The notes below the pieces were generated by a model. The model saw only the letters and a list, made by a program, of their open reading frames with translations, made no database searches and had not been told where the DNA came from. Shown here one piece after another: positions 19,584 through 29,801 of a stretch of 64,000 nucleotides of DNA. This stretch comes from a virus (lineage: Duplodnaviria; Caudoviricetes). Made by a program: the position numbers and the translations under genes. Positions within the stretch are counted from its first letter, which is position 1; the number at the start of each line of letters is the position of its first letter. Location: positions 1 through 64,000 of the IMG/VR virus record IMGVR_UViG_3300023275_000004. The stretch is one strand, 5' to 3'.

Positions 19584-20174
19584 ATGGCAGCAGTTGAAAC
19601 CCTAGGTCTACGTCCCGGCGATATCGGATTTGCCAGGATTGGTGGAATGCTAGGTAAGTGGATTGCTCTTGGTCAGGCTATTGCTGGCGACGCTAACAGA
19701 TTTACTCACGTGTTTGTAGTTCTTGACAACGATGAAGTTGCCGAAGCTATGCCAAACGGAGCTAGAATTCAGCCTCTTAACCGTCAGTACACTAGCGAAG
19801 TAGCCTATGTTCGTGTAGATCTAACTGATGAGCAGCGTACAGAGCTTGTAGCTCACCTACGCTCACGTCTAACACGTCCAGGCGGAATTAAGTACAGCTT
19901 TACCGACTACCTAGCTATTGCGCTAGCTCACTTCGGTATCAAGCCTAAGAGGCTTCGTGAGTACATTGCTCGTTCGGATAGGCAAATTTGTAGCCAGCTA
20001 GCAGACTATGAGCTGGCAAATGTAGGCTACCACGTATTCAATGATGGTCGTCTACCTCAGGATGTTACTCCAGGAGGATTCTTTTTTGAACTTCTGGAAC
20101 TTCCAAACAATACTGTAATTGTAGTTGATCCTACCCGTGAGGGTGCGTTCAGCTCTGGAGTATCGGAGAACTGA
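19584..20174 (+). CDS. Permuted papain-like amidase (YaeF/YiiX, NlpC/P60 superfamily)
   Basis: LRPGDIGF, FTHVFVV (His), ICSQLA (Cys), VTPG in permuted order. Confidence 0.75.
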   Translation: MAAVETLGLRPGDIGFARIGGMLGKWIALGQAIAGDANRFTHVFVVLDNDEVAEAMPNGARIQPLNRQYTSEVAYVRVDLTDEQRTELVAHLRSRLTRPGGIKYSFTDYLAIALAHFGIKPKRLREYIARSDRQICSQLADYELANVGYHVFNDGRLPQDVTPGGFFFELLELPNNTVIVVDPTREGAFSSGVSEN

Positions 20175-20175
20175 T

Positions 20176-20655
20176 ATGGACTTTGAAAATTTTGATCCTG
20201 AGAATTTTCCTGAGTTTATAGCAGGAGATCTCAACTCACTAGATGACGCCTTCACTCTTCCAGAGTGGGTAACAGAAGATCCTCGTCTTCGTCGTCTATA
20301 CGAAGTAATTGTTGATCGTATGCGCCGCGAATCTGAAGGTGTTCCTATGAACACAATTCAGACCCTTCTGATGGAGCGTATCGCCCTCAACTACATCGTT
20401 ATGAAGGCCCGTGAGGAGGGCACGCTTAATCCGCTCTCAGCGGCAGCTACAAAGGACCACCAGACTTGGTGGTTGGCTATGACAGCTCAGTTCAACAAGC
20501 AGCTTAACAAGGCAACTGAGCAGGAGTACAAGGACAAGATTCTTCGTGAGGTAACGAACGTAATCGTTTCGGTACTGAGCAAGGTGGAAGATCCAAAGCT
20601 CAAGCTTCAACTAAAGAACGACTTGATGGCAGGATTCGAGTCCGCAGGAATCTGA
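20176..20655 (+). CDS. Helical hypothetical protein (terminase small subunit-like candidate)
   Basis: 159 aa, apparently helical; proximity to the head module is the only support for the function. Confidence 0.35.
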   Translation: MDFENFDPENFPEFIAGDLNSLDDAFTLPEWVTEDPRLRRLYEVIVDRMRRESEGVPMNTIQTLLMERIALNYIVMKAREEGTLNPLSAAATKDHQTWWLAMTAQFNKQLNKATEQEYKDKILREVTNVIVSVLSKVEDPKLKLQLKNDLMAGFESAGI

Positions 20656-20664
20656 TAAAAAGTT

Positions 20665-20696
20665 AAGCCCCTAGATCAATGATCTAGGGGCTTTTC
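20665..20696. terminator. Bidirectional terminator between convergent genes
   Basis: AGCCCCTAGATC-AAT-GATCTAGGGGCT with flanking A/T runs. Confidence 0.7.
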
Positions 20697-21365
20697 TCAT
20701 GCTCGGCACTTATACCAGAAGTGTACGTTATACATATGTTGCAATCCACGTAGTGCGGTGTAGTGCGGATGCCTTACTGTCTTCAACTCGTATCCAAACC
20801 CCTCAAGATACTTTTTGATAATTTCTCCAAGCATGTGAGAGTGAATTTCAATAAGTAGTTCAGGCTTTTTCTCGCGCAGAATATTTACTGCTCCAGTAAG
20901 AACCTTTAGCTCGTGTCCCTCGACATCAATCTTCATGAAGTCAGGAATAACTGGCTCACTTCCGTTGACGTTCAAAGCTAAGAATGAGTCTGCCCTGAAA
21001 GCCTTAACCTTCCGAACCTTATGGCCCTGTTGATGAGCATCGTATTCCATGCCTTCAGCCTCGAAAGAAACTAGCTGTCCAGTATCGATCTTATCTGGAA
21101 TATCAACTAGTTCGATATCTCCATCAAAGTCTGAAAGAGCAATTTCATGAACAGTAACGTTTCCTAGCATACGGGCGTTATCACGAAGTTGTTCAATGCA
21201 CTCTTCAGCAGGCTCAAAGGTGTGAACAGTGTCAAATCTCTGAGACATTTCTCCTAGAGATTGACCAACATTAGCTCCGATGTCCCAACCTACCTTGCCA
21301 CTAAAGCCCTCCCAAAGCTTAGTATGAATCTCTGGAGGATCAATTGGAGCCGGGGTAATACTCAT
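20697..21365 (-). CDS. FkbM-family methyltransferase
   Basis: WDIGANVG, FEP, PDFMKIDVEGHELKVLTGA, LLIEIH. Confidence 0.9.
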   Translation of the reverse strand: MSITPAPIDPPEIHTKLWEGFSGKVGWDIGANVGQSLGEMSQRFDTVHTFEPAEECIEQLRDNARMLGNVTVHEIALSDFDGDIELVDIPDKIDTGQLVSFEAEGMEYDAHQQGHKVRKVKAFRADSFLALNVNGSEPVIPDFMKIDVEGHELKVLTGAVNILREKKPELLIEIHSHMLGEIIKKYLEGFGYELKTVRHPHYTALRGLQHMYNVHFWYKCRA

Positions 21366-22113
21366 TTAATTTCCAATCGTTGATGATGACTTCTTGAAAG
21401 TCGTTTTCTCTATTGTGACTACTTCTAAACGTTTTAGCCTGCGAGTCAGGGAAGTCGTGTGCAGAAGTGTGCGTACCACCAAATTCTCCAATGTGAGTTG
21501 ACCTGCTGGCATCAGGATAAATAAAATCCATATTCTCCCTTACTGCCACTCGCATCATATTCCAGTCCCAGCCAGCTTCGGAGCCATCAGGCTTTCCAGA
21601 AGAATAATCAAGATCCCAGTTGGGCTTAATAATACTCTCCCAGCGATCACTCCAGGTTCCCCAGACAAGCGGGCAGAATACCTTTGTCCTAGCTACCGCG
21701 CTAGCAAAACCATTTTCCTGCTTATTTCGTGAATAGGCTAGCACAGCAAGAACGCTTTTATCTTTTTCGTACTTATGCATTGCCCACTCAAAATATTCAA
21801 GAATGTCATCACTGACAATGATGTCATCCTCAGCGAGGACAACAAAATTATTTCCAGCGTCGAATGCTGAAGTTAGAGCAGCATATGGATTTCTAAGAAC
21901 TCCTAGAACACGATCATTTACTACTCCTGATATCTCAGCCGACTCGAATCTGTTGAATTCGTTCTGCATGGCCCTCTCGATAGGCTGAGTAGTAGGTTCT
22001 AGAAGGTAGGATACCGGCCAATCTTGAATATTCTCTGCTTGATTCCAGCTAGATACAGCTTCTCTAAGATAAGCAACTCTATGAAAAGCTGTAAAAACTA
22101 TTTCTTTCTTCAC
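21340..22113 (-). CDS. GT-A glycosyltransferase
   Basis: FTAFHRVAYL, VVLAEDDIIVS, WGTWSDRW, GWDW, SRSTHIG. Confidence 0.8.
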   Translation of the reverse strand: MKKEIVFTAFHRVAYLREAVSSWNQAENIQDWPVSYLLEPTTQPIERAMQNEFNRFESAEISGVVNDRVLGVLRNPYAALTSAFDAGNNFVVLAEDDIIVSDDILEYFEWAMHKYEKDKSVLAVLAYSRNKQENGFASAVARTKVFCPLVWGTWSDRWESIIKPNWDLDYSSGKPDGSEAGWDWNMMRVAVRENMDFIYPDASRSTHIGEFGGTHTSAHDFPDSQAKTFRSSHNRENDFQEVIINDWKLNEYYPGSN

Positions 22114-22847
22114 ATCAACCTCTTGATCTTCTGAACATCTTCTGGAATAACATGGTTCCTAACAATTCCTTCAAAAGTAATCCAGTCAGTCATGTCCAAT
22201 ACTGAGCTTCCTGAGAATTCATATCCCTCATCGATAGCAGCCTTACCCGCGCCCGGGTGCATATGCTCTACTACTACGTCAGGAAGGTAAGAAATTCGCT
22301 CTAGTGCCTTACCAAATTCCAGCCAATAAGTGTCTGTATAGAGATGAGTGAGTTGGTGAGGCACCATACGACCAAGAGTTGCAGGAATATTGGTCGTCAT
22401 AGCAATTTGAGTAGGCAAATTTTCGCCTTGGAGCAAATCATTTCCGTATACCATGCCTACTCCTGGCTTCCTACGCTGCCTGCATCGCCCTGAGAGAGCC
22501 GTTAGGGTCTCAAGGTAAGTCTGATCCCACCCTTCTGTACGTGGCCTGTGATCATCACCCATAAATCCTACTGCATACGAAGGAAATGTGTAGGGATTAT
22601 TAAACCATTTTTCAAATCCAAGATTTAGGGGAGCAGCCATACCTCGACACTCAGGGGATACAACTAGAATTTTGCTAATTTTTTCCATAGCATGCAAGTC
22701 AAAATAGCTTGTTAGCTGAGAATCATCATCCGAAAGAATAAAAATAACTTCTGTATTACCCCTGCAAGTTTCCCTAAAGGATTCTTGAAGCTCCTTAGCA
22801 GCCTTGGGCCTGCCTCGTGTAGGAACGAAGATGGTCAGGTCAGTCAT
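22110..22847 (-). CDS. GT-A glycosyltransferase (GT2-like)
   Basis: IFVPTRGRP, GFMGDDHRPRT, HLYTD, VEHMHP. Confidence 0.8.
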   Translation of the reverse strand: MTDLTIFVPTRGRPKAAKELQESFRETCRGNTEVIFILSDDDSQLTSYFDLHAMEKISKILVVSPECRGMAAPLNLGFEKWFNNPYTFPSYAVGFMGDDHRPRTEGWDQTYLETLTALSGRCRQRRKPGVGMVYGNDLLQGENLPTQIAMTTNIPATLGRMVPHQLTHLYTDTYWLEFGKALERISYLPDVVVEHMHPGAGKAAIDEGYEFSGSSVLDMTDWITFEGIVRNHVIPEDVQKIKRLM

Positions 22848-22851
22848 TGGT

Positions 22852-23142
22852 CTACTTCTCTTTCTTCCAAGGTAGGTTTCGGATCAGCGTACCAGGAGCG
22901 ATGTGGTAAAGCAAGTCCCACTCACGTGTTTCAAAGTTGAATTCCCAGATAGCTAGCGCGTTGCCAGCTCCATAATGGCCGTAGTTTGAGAGTGCTTGGT
23001 TGATAGCATTTTTAGCATGTCCTATGCTTTTGTGCTGCTTAAATCCAGCATACTTGCTATACCTACCTCTTCCAGGCACATAAGTTAAAAACTTAGGCAC
23101 AAAAGTTTCATAAGGTGGCGGGTTTGGAACAGTGTCATTCAT
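22852..23142 (-). CDS. Hypothetical protein
   Basis: 96-aa ORF with AGGAG RBS. Confidence 0.5.
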   Translation of the reverse strand: MNDTVPNPPPYETFVPKFLTYVPGRGRYSKYAGFKQHKSIGHAKNAINQALSNYGHYGAGNALAIWEFNFETREWDLLYHIAPGTLIRNLPWKKEK

Positions 23143-23184
23143 GTCTTCTCCTAATAAAAAAGGAGCCTTTCGGCTCCCTCTTAT

Positions 23185-24312
23185 TTAAATATTTGTCAAG
23201 TCCGCTAAAGTTAATTTCTTTGTTGGAACAGTCTCAACTGCTGTGGGCTTTGTAGCAACTGTCTCAGACTTTCCGAATACTTCAGCTACTAGTGTAGCAG
23301 CTAAGTAGACTTCATAGTAGGCTTCTGAGTGCTGGAATTTTGTCTTTAAGTCCCACAGTACGCGCAGTGCGTTCATGATCTGGGTTGGAGCTACTTGCTG
23401 AGCAAGCCTCAGTCGTACCTCTAGGGCCTCTCCTTGGCTCGCTAAGGCTCCTCCAGCCTGTACTAGGAGAATGTCCCGGAAGAGATTTGTCAACGCCTCA
23501 GGGACGATCTCAGCGTCTCCTGTGCCCTTAAGCTCTTCATCGACTACCTTAACAGCGGCAGTTGGTCCACCAGAGATCATAGCGTTCAAGAGGATAGGAC
23601 CAAGGTCTTTGTCATCCATTACGACTACGTACTCAGACATCTTCGTTATTCCTACACGCGAGAGCTTATCCATCAACATCAAGGCATCTCGCATGCTTCC
23701 GTTTGCCTTTTCTGCAATCCTCAGCATGAGATTTTGCTCAAAGTTCAAGTTTTCTTTGGTATTTACGTAATTCAAACGAGCTTCAATGTCTGAAACAGAG
23801 ACTCTAGTGAACGTGAAACGCATGGCCCGGCTAACAATAGTCTCTGGAATCTTACGAAACTCGGTTGTCACAAGGATGAAAACCACTCCAGGAGGAGCTT
23901 CTTCAAAAGTTTTGAGCATAGACTTGAAACCTTCACGCGAAATAGCGTGAGCTTCATCCAAAATAACTACTGTCTGTTCCGCTCCGTTACTGTACGCTAG
24001 TCTATTCCTAAGATTTTCCATATCCGAGACCTTACCGTGCGAGGCCGCATCAATTTCAATCACGTAATCAGAGTTTCCATCGAAAATATCTTGACATGAC
24101 TCACATGTACCGCAAGGTACTGGAGGATTTGAACAGTTTACTGACGCGCCAATGATACGGGCGCTTGAAGTTTTACCACTTCCGTGAATTCCGTCAAAAA
24201 TCAAAAGATTTGGAAGATCTTGCTTAGCAGTCATGTGGGCTAGGAAGACACTCACAGCCTTCTGCCCAATTACTTCATCAAAGTTTACTGGACGATACTT
24301 GAGAGCCAGCAC
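23185..24312 (-). CDS. dnaX: DNA polymerase III clamp-loader subunit gamma/tau-like
   Basis: LALKYRP..F.EVIGQ, Walker A GIHGSGKT, Cys4 Zn site, EIDAAS, ILDEAH, TIVSR, GSMRDA. Confidence 0.9.
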   Translation of the reverse strand: MLALKYRPVNFDEVIGQKAVSVFLAHMTAKQDLPNLLIFDGIHGSGKTSSARIIGASVNCSNPPVPCGTCESCQDIFDGNSDYVIEIDAASHGKVSDMENLRNRLAYSNGAEQTVVILDEAHAISREGFKSMLKTFEEAPPGVVFILVTTEFRKIPETIVSRAMRFTFTRVSVSDIEARLNYVNTKENLNFEQNLMLRIAEKANGSMRDALMLMDKLSRVGITKMSEYVVVMDDKDLGPILLNAMISGGPTAAVKVVDEELKGTGDAEIVPEALTNLFRDILLVQAGGALASQGEALEVRLRLAQQVAPTQIMNALRVLWDLKTKFQHSEAYYEVYLAATLVAEVFGKSETVATKPTAVETVPTKKLTLADLTNI

Positions 24313-24449
24313 GGTACCTCCTAGAGTAGAAAAAGAATGGGAAGGTCAGGCTTACCCAGACGACTTCAATGAAGTTCGGTGGGCCGCTAGTCCTGACCTT
24401 CCCATGATACACCATCGGCAGACTTACTCGACAGTTTCGTACATCCTAA

Positions 24450-25361
24450 TCAGAAATCTCCTTCAGCTACCTGGAAAACAGTCAACCCAAGCTTACGCCA
24501 CATGGTCACAACCTGATCACGATCATCAAAAACGCAACGGATGTTGTACTTGTTGCGAATTTTGTTGTCGAAGATTTCTGCCTTAATGATCCAGTCAGGG
24601 CGATTATCCTTTTCAGTCCTCATGAGCAGATTCCAGCCACTTGAACCAAAATTCTTTTCCAGCCAGACTTCAGTAGCCTCGTAGCAAGATCCGTCACGCC
24701 CAGAAGTGAACAAAATCAAATATCCCAGATCATTCATAGCTCTGACTGCCGCGAGAACATCCTCTACTGGCTCATCTTCACCAACACGAGCCCAGTCATA
24801 AGGACCACGATCAATCATTTTAGCGACAGTTCCGTCAATATCAACGATAACTGCCCACGGCTTATCGTGAAAGATTCGATATCCAGTTTCCCGCTCAATA
24901 TATGGCTTCAACTCATAGGTAGGCAGCTGAATCTTAGGCAGCTCAGTGCGACCCTTAATGTAGCGATCGAACATGCCCTGAACTACGTTCTTTTCAACAT
25001 CTCTTCCACCGTCAGCTACTCGCTGACGAATATTCGCCAAGCACTCATCCACAGAGACATTAGTGAAATCCTTGAACTCCACTTCAGCATCAAATGACTG
25101 AGCAATCTTCAGCAAATGACGAACATACCTAGGATTCAAGTTTGTATCGTCAAGAATTACGTCATAGCCAGACTTAAGAGCGTTTTTAACTGCTCCGTGC
25201 TGGATGACGGTTACTTGCTCTTCTTGCTCAGGCGAATACAAGATGTTGTTGAACAACATCTCACGAATGTCATCACGATTGATCCGAATGACACCCTTCT
25301 GCTTCTTAGCCCAAGTAGTTTTTCCGCTTCCAGGCAATCCCCTGGTCAATGTCATCTTCAT
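24450..25361 (-). CDS. pnk: Polynucleotide kinase/3'-phosphatase (T4 PseT-like)
   Basis: GLPGSGKTT, RINRDDIR; HAD domain DIDGTVA, SGR, FDDRDQVV. Confidence 0.92.
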   Translation of the reverse strand: MKMTLTRGLPGSGKTTWAKKQKGVIRINRDDIREMLFNNILYSPEQEEQVTVIQHGAVKNALKSGYDVILDDTNLNPRYVRHLLKIAQSFDAEVEFKDFTNVSVDECLANIRQRVADGGRDVEKNVVQGMFDRYIKGRTELPKIQLPTYELKPYIERETGYRIFHDKPWAVIVDIDGTVAKMIDRGPYDWARVGEDEPVEDVLAAVRAMNDLGYLILFTSGRDGSCYEATEVWLEKNFGSSGWNLLMRTEKDNRPDWIIKAEIFDNKIRNKYNIRCVFDDRDQVVTMWRKLGLTVFQVAEGDF

Positions 25362-25612
25362 GGTGTTAGTATGCTCCTTCCATCAGAGTATGTCAAGGGG
25401 TAACCTCGTTCGTCTAACTCTAGCTGAACTCCAATAAGAAGAGCAAGCGTAAGTTGTCCAGACTGTGAGGGAGGAGCGGCACCCTTGGTGCCTGGAGTGT
25501 TGAAAGTCTTGTTCAGTAGGGATCTGTGAACAGCACTAAGGCCATTCAACAGGTTATCCCTCACTGCGAGTAATGTCTCGTCATTGTACGACGAAAAACC
25601 TCTGTCGGACAT
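25358..25612 (-). CDS. Hypothetical protein
   Basis: 84-aa ORF overlapping both neighbours. Confidence 0.4.
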   Translation of the reverse strand: MSDRGFSSYNDETLLAVRDNLLNGLSAVHRSLLNKTFNTPGTKGAAPPSQSGQLTLALLIGVQLELDERGYPLTYSDGRSILTP

Positions 25613-26285
25613 GATGTAGCCACCTTTCTACGGCCTCCTCATCAGGCCGAAGAGGAAGGATTGACTTACAATTATCAAATGACTCAGCGTAAACATCATA
25701 GATGCTCTTAAGTGGGAGAAGATCTCCGTTGCCAGCCATAAATCCGATAGACTTTATTTGAACGGCAGTAGTGTCGTCAAGACGAACATCCAAATGACCA
25801 GTCATGTAAAGCTGAAAACCTTGCATCATCAGTCTGACAAGATGCCTAGCGTGCTTTTCCGTACGCTTTTTCAAGTCTGAGCCGAAGTCCCCGCGCTCTT
25901 CAATCTTGTGAAGTTGACTTCTAGCATACTTAATGTAGGCATTCTTTACAGCATCCTGGCTCAAGAATCTATTTCTAATCTCAATTAGAGCATTTCCAAC
26001 ATCTGTGCGCTTAGTATATAGCTCATCTGGAAGATAAACAAGCTCTAAAATGTTTGGATTGCACTTCAGAGCTAGATTTGCCCATTTCTTAGCTTCGTAC
26101 CAAGTCACGTCAGGATCAGGAGCATGCTGTTCATATACATCCTTGGGTGTACGAAGTCCATGAAGGTCTGCCGTATGCACCGCAAAGATGCCCTTCTTAT
26201 CGATATCTGAATCCTTATGAGCGAGACCGTAGGCTGTTGAGCCCACGATCCCCTCAAGGAGCAGATTCACATCTGCATTGATCAA
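25581..26285 (-). CDS. Pol-beta superfamily nucleotidyltransferase (RlaP/YcgL-like)
   Basis: VGSTAYGL...SDID.KG, LKCNPNILE, KHARHLVRL; adjacent to RNA ligase. Confidence 0.85.
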   Translation of the reverse strand: MINADVNLLLEGIVGSTAYGLAHKDSDIDKKGIFAVHTADLHGLRTPKDVYEQHAPDPDVTWYEAKKWANLALKCNPNILELVYLPDELYTKRTDVGNALIEIRNRFLSQDAVKNAYIKYARSQLHKIEERGDFGSDLKKRTEKHARHLVRLMMQGFQLYMTGHLDVRLDDTTAVQIKSIGFMAGNGDLLPLKSIYDVYAESFDNCKSILPLRPDEEAVERWLHHVRQRFFVVQ

Positions 26286-27421
26286 CTGTTATCCTCCGTA
26301 ATAACTTTGCCGCTAGGAGTTACATTTCCTTCCGGCTTCAAAATTTCCCAGACCTTCTCATCGTAGTTCTTTCCATCTAGGTGCTGAAATAGGAACGACT
26401 TGAATGAGCTGAGCTTTGCAAAGTGCGCAAAAGTAGCACGCACCTCACGAATACTTGAGTCCGCATCTTTTACCTGACGCACATTATCCATTACATCAAG
26501 ATAGTCAATCTCAATCTGGTCCATTAGGTTAGCAAACTTAGCTTTAAGCTCATTGCCAACCTCACGAACCCAGTCGTGAAACTCGTCCGGAAGGTCCTCG
26601 ATAAGCTTATCCAGGTCCCCATAGTTCTTCAAGTGCTCCCAGACTGTACGTGCGTTCAGGCCAGTTACAATTCTGTGTAGTGCAATGTAGTCGTCCTGCT
26701 TAATCTTCACACGCTGACCAGTCTTGGGGATAAAAACCACCAGTCCCTCAGCACCCTCGCGAGGCTTTGCTGCCAAAGCCTCATTGAAATAGTCATAATC
26801 AAAAATTTCAGCTATTGGACCAGTCCAGTCGAAGAAATACTTTGCTTGGTCAGCATCCCAAGTGCTGTTCTTAGAAGCAAGAACCTCCGCGCCGATCAAA
26901 ACAAGGTCATCAAGACCCTTGTAGTCGCAAACAATCCTGTTCTCAGGATAAACAATCTCAAAAAGAGGAGTTACCAGCTGAAGTGCTGCGAAATTCTCCT
27001 CCAACCAGTCTCCATACTTCTCATTCAAGACCTTGGTGGCGTGAATAGCCTGGTCCGAAGCAAAGGAGCCACGAGTAGCTACCGCAAACTTACCGAAAGG
27101 AAGCGGATAGACGATGCCAAGGCTGCCATCCATCTTGTCCATAGCCACAATCTCTGTGTCCAGGCTAAGGTCAGGCGCTCCAGGCTGGTTGTAGTTAAAG
27201 AACTTACGGAATGGACGAGCAAGAATCTTGCCAGTCTCAGCGTTGTAGATTAGGCCGCGACAAATTTCTGTAACGTCATTCCACATATTGTCAAACTGAG
27301 CCTTCTGCGTATAGTTGAGGATTCGCAGTTCAGGAAAATCAGGGTGAGTCTGCTCCTTGACGTAACCCTCAGCACGCATACGGAGCAGGTCACCATAGTC
27401 CAAAAGATCATTCAGTAGCAT
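26282..27421 (-). CDS. rnlA: RNA ligase 1 (T4 RnlA-like)
   Basis: CRGLI, ARPFRKFFN, KMDGSL (motif I), EGLVV, RVKIK. Confidence 0.92.
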   Translation of the reverse strand: MLLNDLLDYGDLLRMRAEGYVKEQTHPDFPELRILNYTQKAQFDNMWNDVTEICRGLIYNAETGKILARPFRKFFNYNQPGAPDLSLDTEIVAMDKMDGSLGIVYPLPFGKFAVATRGSFASDQAIHATKVLNEKYGDWLEENFAALQLVTPLFEIVYPENRIVCDYKGLDDLVLIGAEVLASKNSTWDADQAKYFFDWTGPIAEIFDYDYFNEALAAKPREGAEGLVVFIPKTGQRVKIKQDDYIALHRIVTGLNARTVWEHLKNYGDLDKLIEDLPDEFHDWVREVGNELKAKFANLMDQIEIDYLDVMDNVRQVKDADSSIREVRATFAHFAKLSSFKSFLFQHLDGKNYDEKVWEILKPEGNVTPSGKVITEDNS

Positions 27422-27429
27422 GACTCCTC

Positions 27430-27678
27430 CTAAGAGTTCATTCGATCAAGCAGCCTAGTGCTGATGATTCCCGTTCGTGGGCGGTTAAGATAGCTGTTGT
27501 TGAAGTCAGAAGCAGTAAGCTTACGTCCGATTCGCTTCTCAACGTCAAGCACGCAAAGCATACCGAACTTTCCAAGACCTGTCAACGTCCAAGTCGAGTC
27601 GACAAGCATGTAGTGCTCGCCAGCTTTACCAGTGTCAATGCCACAATCCAGACAAAGAAACTTCTTTCGGCTCTTCAT
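27430..27678 (-). CDS. Small Zn-finger hypothetical protein
   Basis: CLDCGIDT...HYML...W...MLCV; leaderless promoter TTGACT...CATACT upstream. Confidence 0.55.
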   Translation of the reverse strand: MKSRKKFLCLDCGIDTGKAGEHYMLVDSTWTLTGLGKFGMLCVLDVEKRIGRKLTASDFNNSYLNRPRTGIISTRLLDRMNS

Positions 27679-28960
27679 ACAGCTAGTATGGCACAGTAGT
27701 CCCAACAAGTCAAGGCAAAAAAATAGCGCTGTCCGAAAACAGCGCTACAAGATTATTCAACTAAGTTAAGTTCCCGCTCCCTGAAGGGGATAGGTGTTTT
27801 ATCTGCTACGTCATCAAGAGTTACATGTACCCAACCTGGTTCTAGCTTCTTCACAGTGCCTATAAATCCTTGCCAAGGCGAGTCTCCTTGAAAGTTAATG
27901 GCATTTGAGACCCAGACGCGATCCTTCTTAACGAACATCTATGCTCCTCTGGAGTAGTTTCTCATCAATAGTCCTGCAAGCAGAGACAGCTTGACCATAA
28001 GTCAGCGGCTTTACTAACATCTGCTCTCTAATAGAGTCAAGAAACCTAGACTCTACCAAAAAGTTTCTATCGATTAGCTTCTTCAACTTAGGATACAGGC
28101 GTAAATTTCGTTCGTAGGCAGATTCCATTACTTTTTGTTCCTTGTAGTCCAGAGCCAATATATTGCCACCACTGCACAGATGAATCCAACCATCATCATC
28201 CATTCAGGTAATCCTGTAATTCTATCTTGATTCATGGCTTGCTCATTATGTAAGCGAACGCGATAGCCACACACAGTCCTGCTATCCCTGCCAAACATTC
28301 CATCAGAGACGACTTCCTTTCTTAAGAGCACCAATCAAGGTTACGAGACCAATGATTGCTAACAAAGATAGAAAACACATCATACCTTCAGGACTCATTG
28401 CTATCCCTTTCTCCCTTAAACCTGATATGAAGGCCATTAGAAACTGACCCTTTACTATTTCGTACAATCCAATCAGTATCAGCTTCCATAAGTTCACTCA
28501 CAGAGAGCTGAATCTCCGGTAGATTGTACTTTTTCATTACCGCAGTGAGGAAAATATCCATGATCACAGAAGTTTCCCACTTCTTTTCTTCTTCATAGTC
28601 AGCAATCTTAGCAGCTATCTCTTTATGTATTTCGGATAGCGAGATAGGGTCTCCCATGTCTGAAATTCGCACGTTGGTCTCCTAAAAACTAATGCCATAC
28701 ATTAAGGCTAACGCCCTTAGTATGGCACAGGTTTATACGAACGTCAAGAAGAAGCTACTTCTCACCAAGGATTTAGCCAAACCCAAGTGATCATGGCAAT
28801 AAGCGCCATAAACACAATAATGAACACAGTTCTAGCCATGCCTCTAGCAAGTAACATGAATATTCCTGTCACTGTTGTTAAAGAATATAGGAAATACAAC
28901 TTGTTTCCTCCCCCCAAGCTACTAAAACAGGAGGAGTCCCAGCCGCCACCGAGATCATGA

Positions 28961-29303
28961 TCAACTAACCGCCATTAGGCCGAAGCCAACAAATATTGCC
29001 ATGGCTGTTAAAACAAGAAACGTAATAGCTGGGGCAAGAGCCATAGCGCTATAATTCGCGTGCTTACCAGGAGCAGCAAGGTAGAACTTACCCCAGATCA
29101 CAATACCGACAATGCCCAGAATCATCAGCAACATGTCATTTCCCCCAAGTCATTCCAGCTCCAAAGAACACAAATACGGCAGCAGTCAAAACCATAAGAA
29201 ATAGCACCCAAGCTGGCGTACGCCTAGCGTGCCTTCCTCCTTGAGACAGTAGCAGATACGCCCACCATATGACGAGAATGGCTGCTACCGCAAGCATAAA
29301 CAT
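28961..29303 (-). CDS. Two adjacent similar 2-TM micro-proteins (29136-29303 and 28961-29134)
   Basis: Hand translated; both have TM-G(R/K)HA-TM layout. Confidence 0.55.
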
Positions 29304-29336
29304 AGATACTCCTAAGTAGATCCGGTTGTTAGAAAG

Positions 29337-29408
29337 AGCATACCTTAAGAATAGAGTTATGTCAACTGTAGGAGCAGCTTTGCATCCCTACAAGATCTAG
29401 AGTATACT
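29337..29408. promoter_or_regulatory. Divergent sigma70-type promoter pair
   Basis: Minus TTGACA-17-TATGCT; plus TTGCAT-17-TATACT; gene orientation switches here. Confidence 0.7.
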
Positions 29409-29606
29409 AAACCTAGACAACTCCCCCGCTGTAAATATCGACCCTAAGTAAGGTAACGCACATGGCAGAATTCGACTGGGCGGGTCTTGTAATAGTCTTG
29501 GCTGTCATTGTTGGCTGGGTAGGACTATTCTTTTTAATTCTCTACTTGACTGATCCAAAAGTCGTACATAAGATGGAGCTAAAAAACACAGAGAAGAGGG
29601 TCAGGC

Positions 29607-29801
29607 GTGAGCACAATCGTAAGACACGATAAGAGTCCCATGCCCGAAGGGTGCCGCTGGTGCGGAGTCATGTTCAAGGAACACGGGCAGCAGTGGGTGA
29701 AGAGCAAGAAGTGGCATGAGTGGGAAGCTCCCACAGACACACAGATTACCGCCCGAGTTAGAGCACACCTTATTCAAAGAGCAAAGGAGATGGATAAATG
29801 A
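29607..29801 (+). CDS. Small Cys/His protein
   Basis: PEGCRWCG....EH motif. Confidence 0.55.
   Translation: MSTIVRHDKSPMPEGCRWCGVMFKEHGQQWVKSKKWHEWEAPTDTQITARVRAHLIQRAKEMDK

Noticed and set aside
24337-24405. SRP (ffs) RNA upstream of dnaX
   Set aside because: Lacks the conserved SRP domain IV CAGG...GNRA...AGCA arrangement
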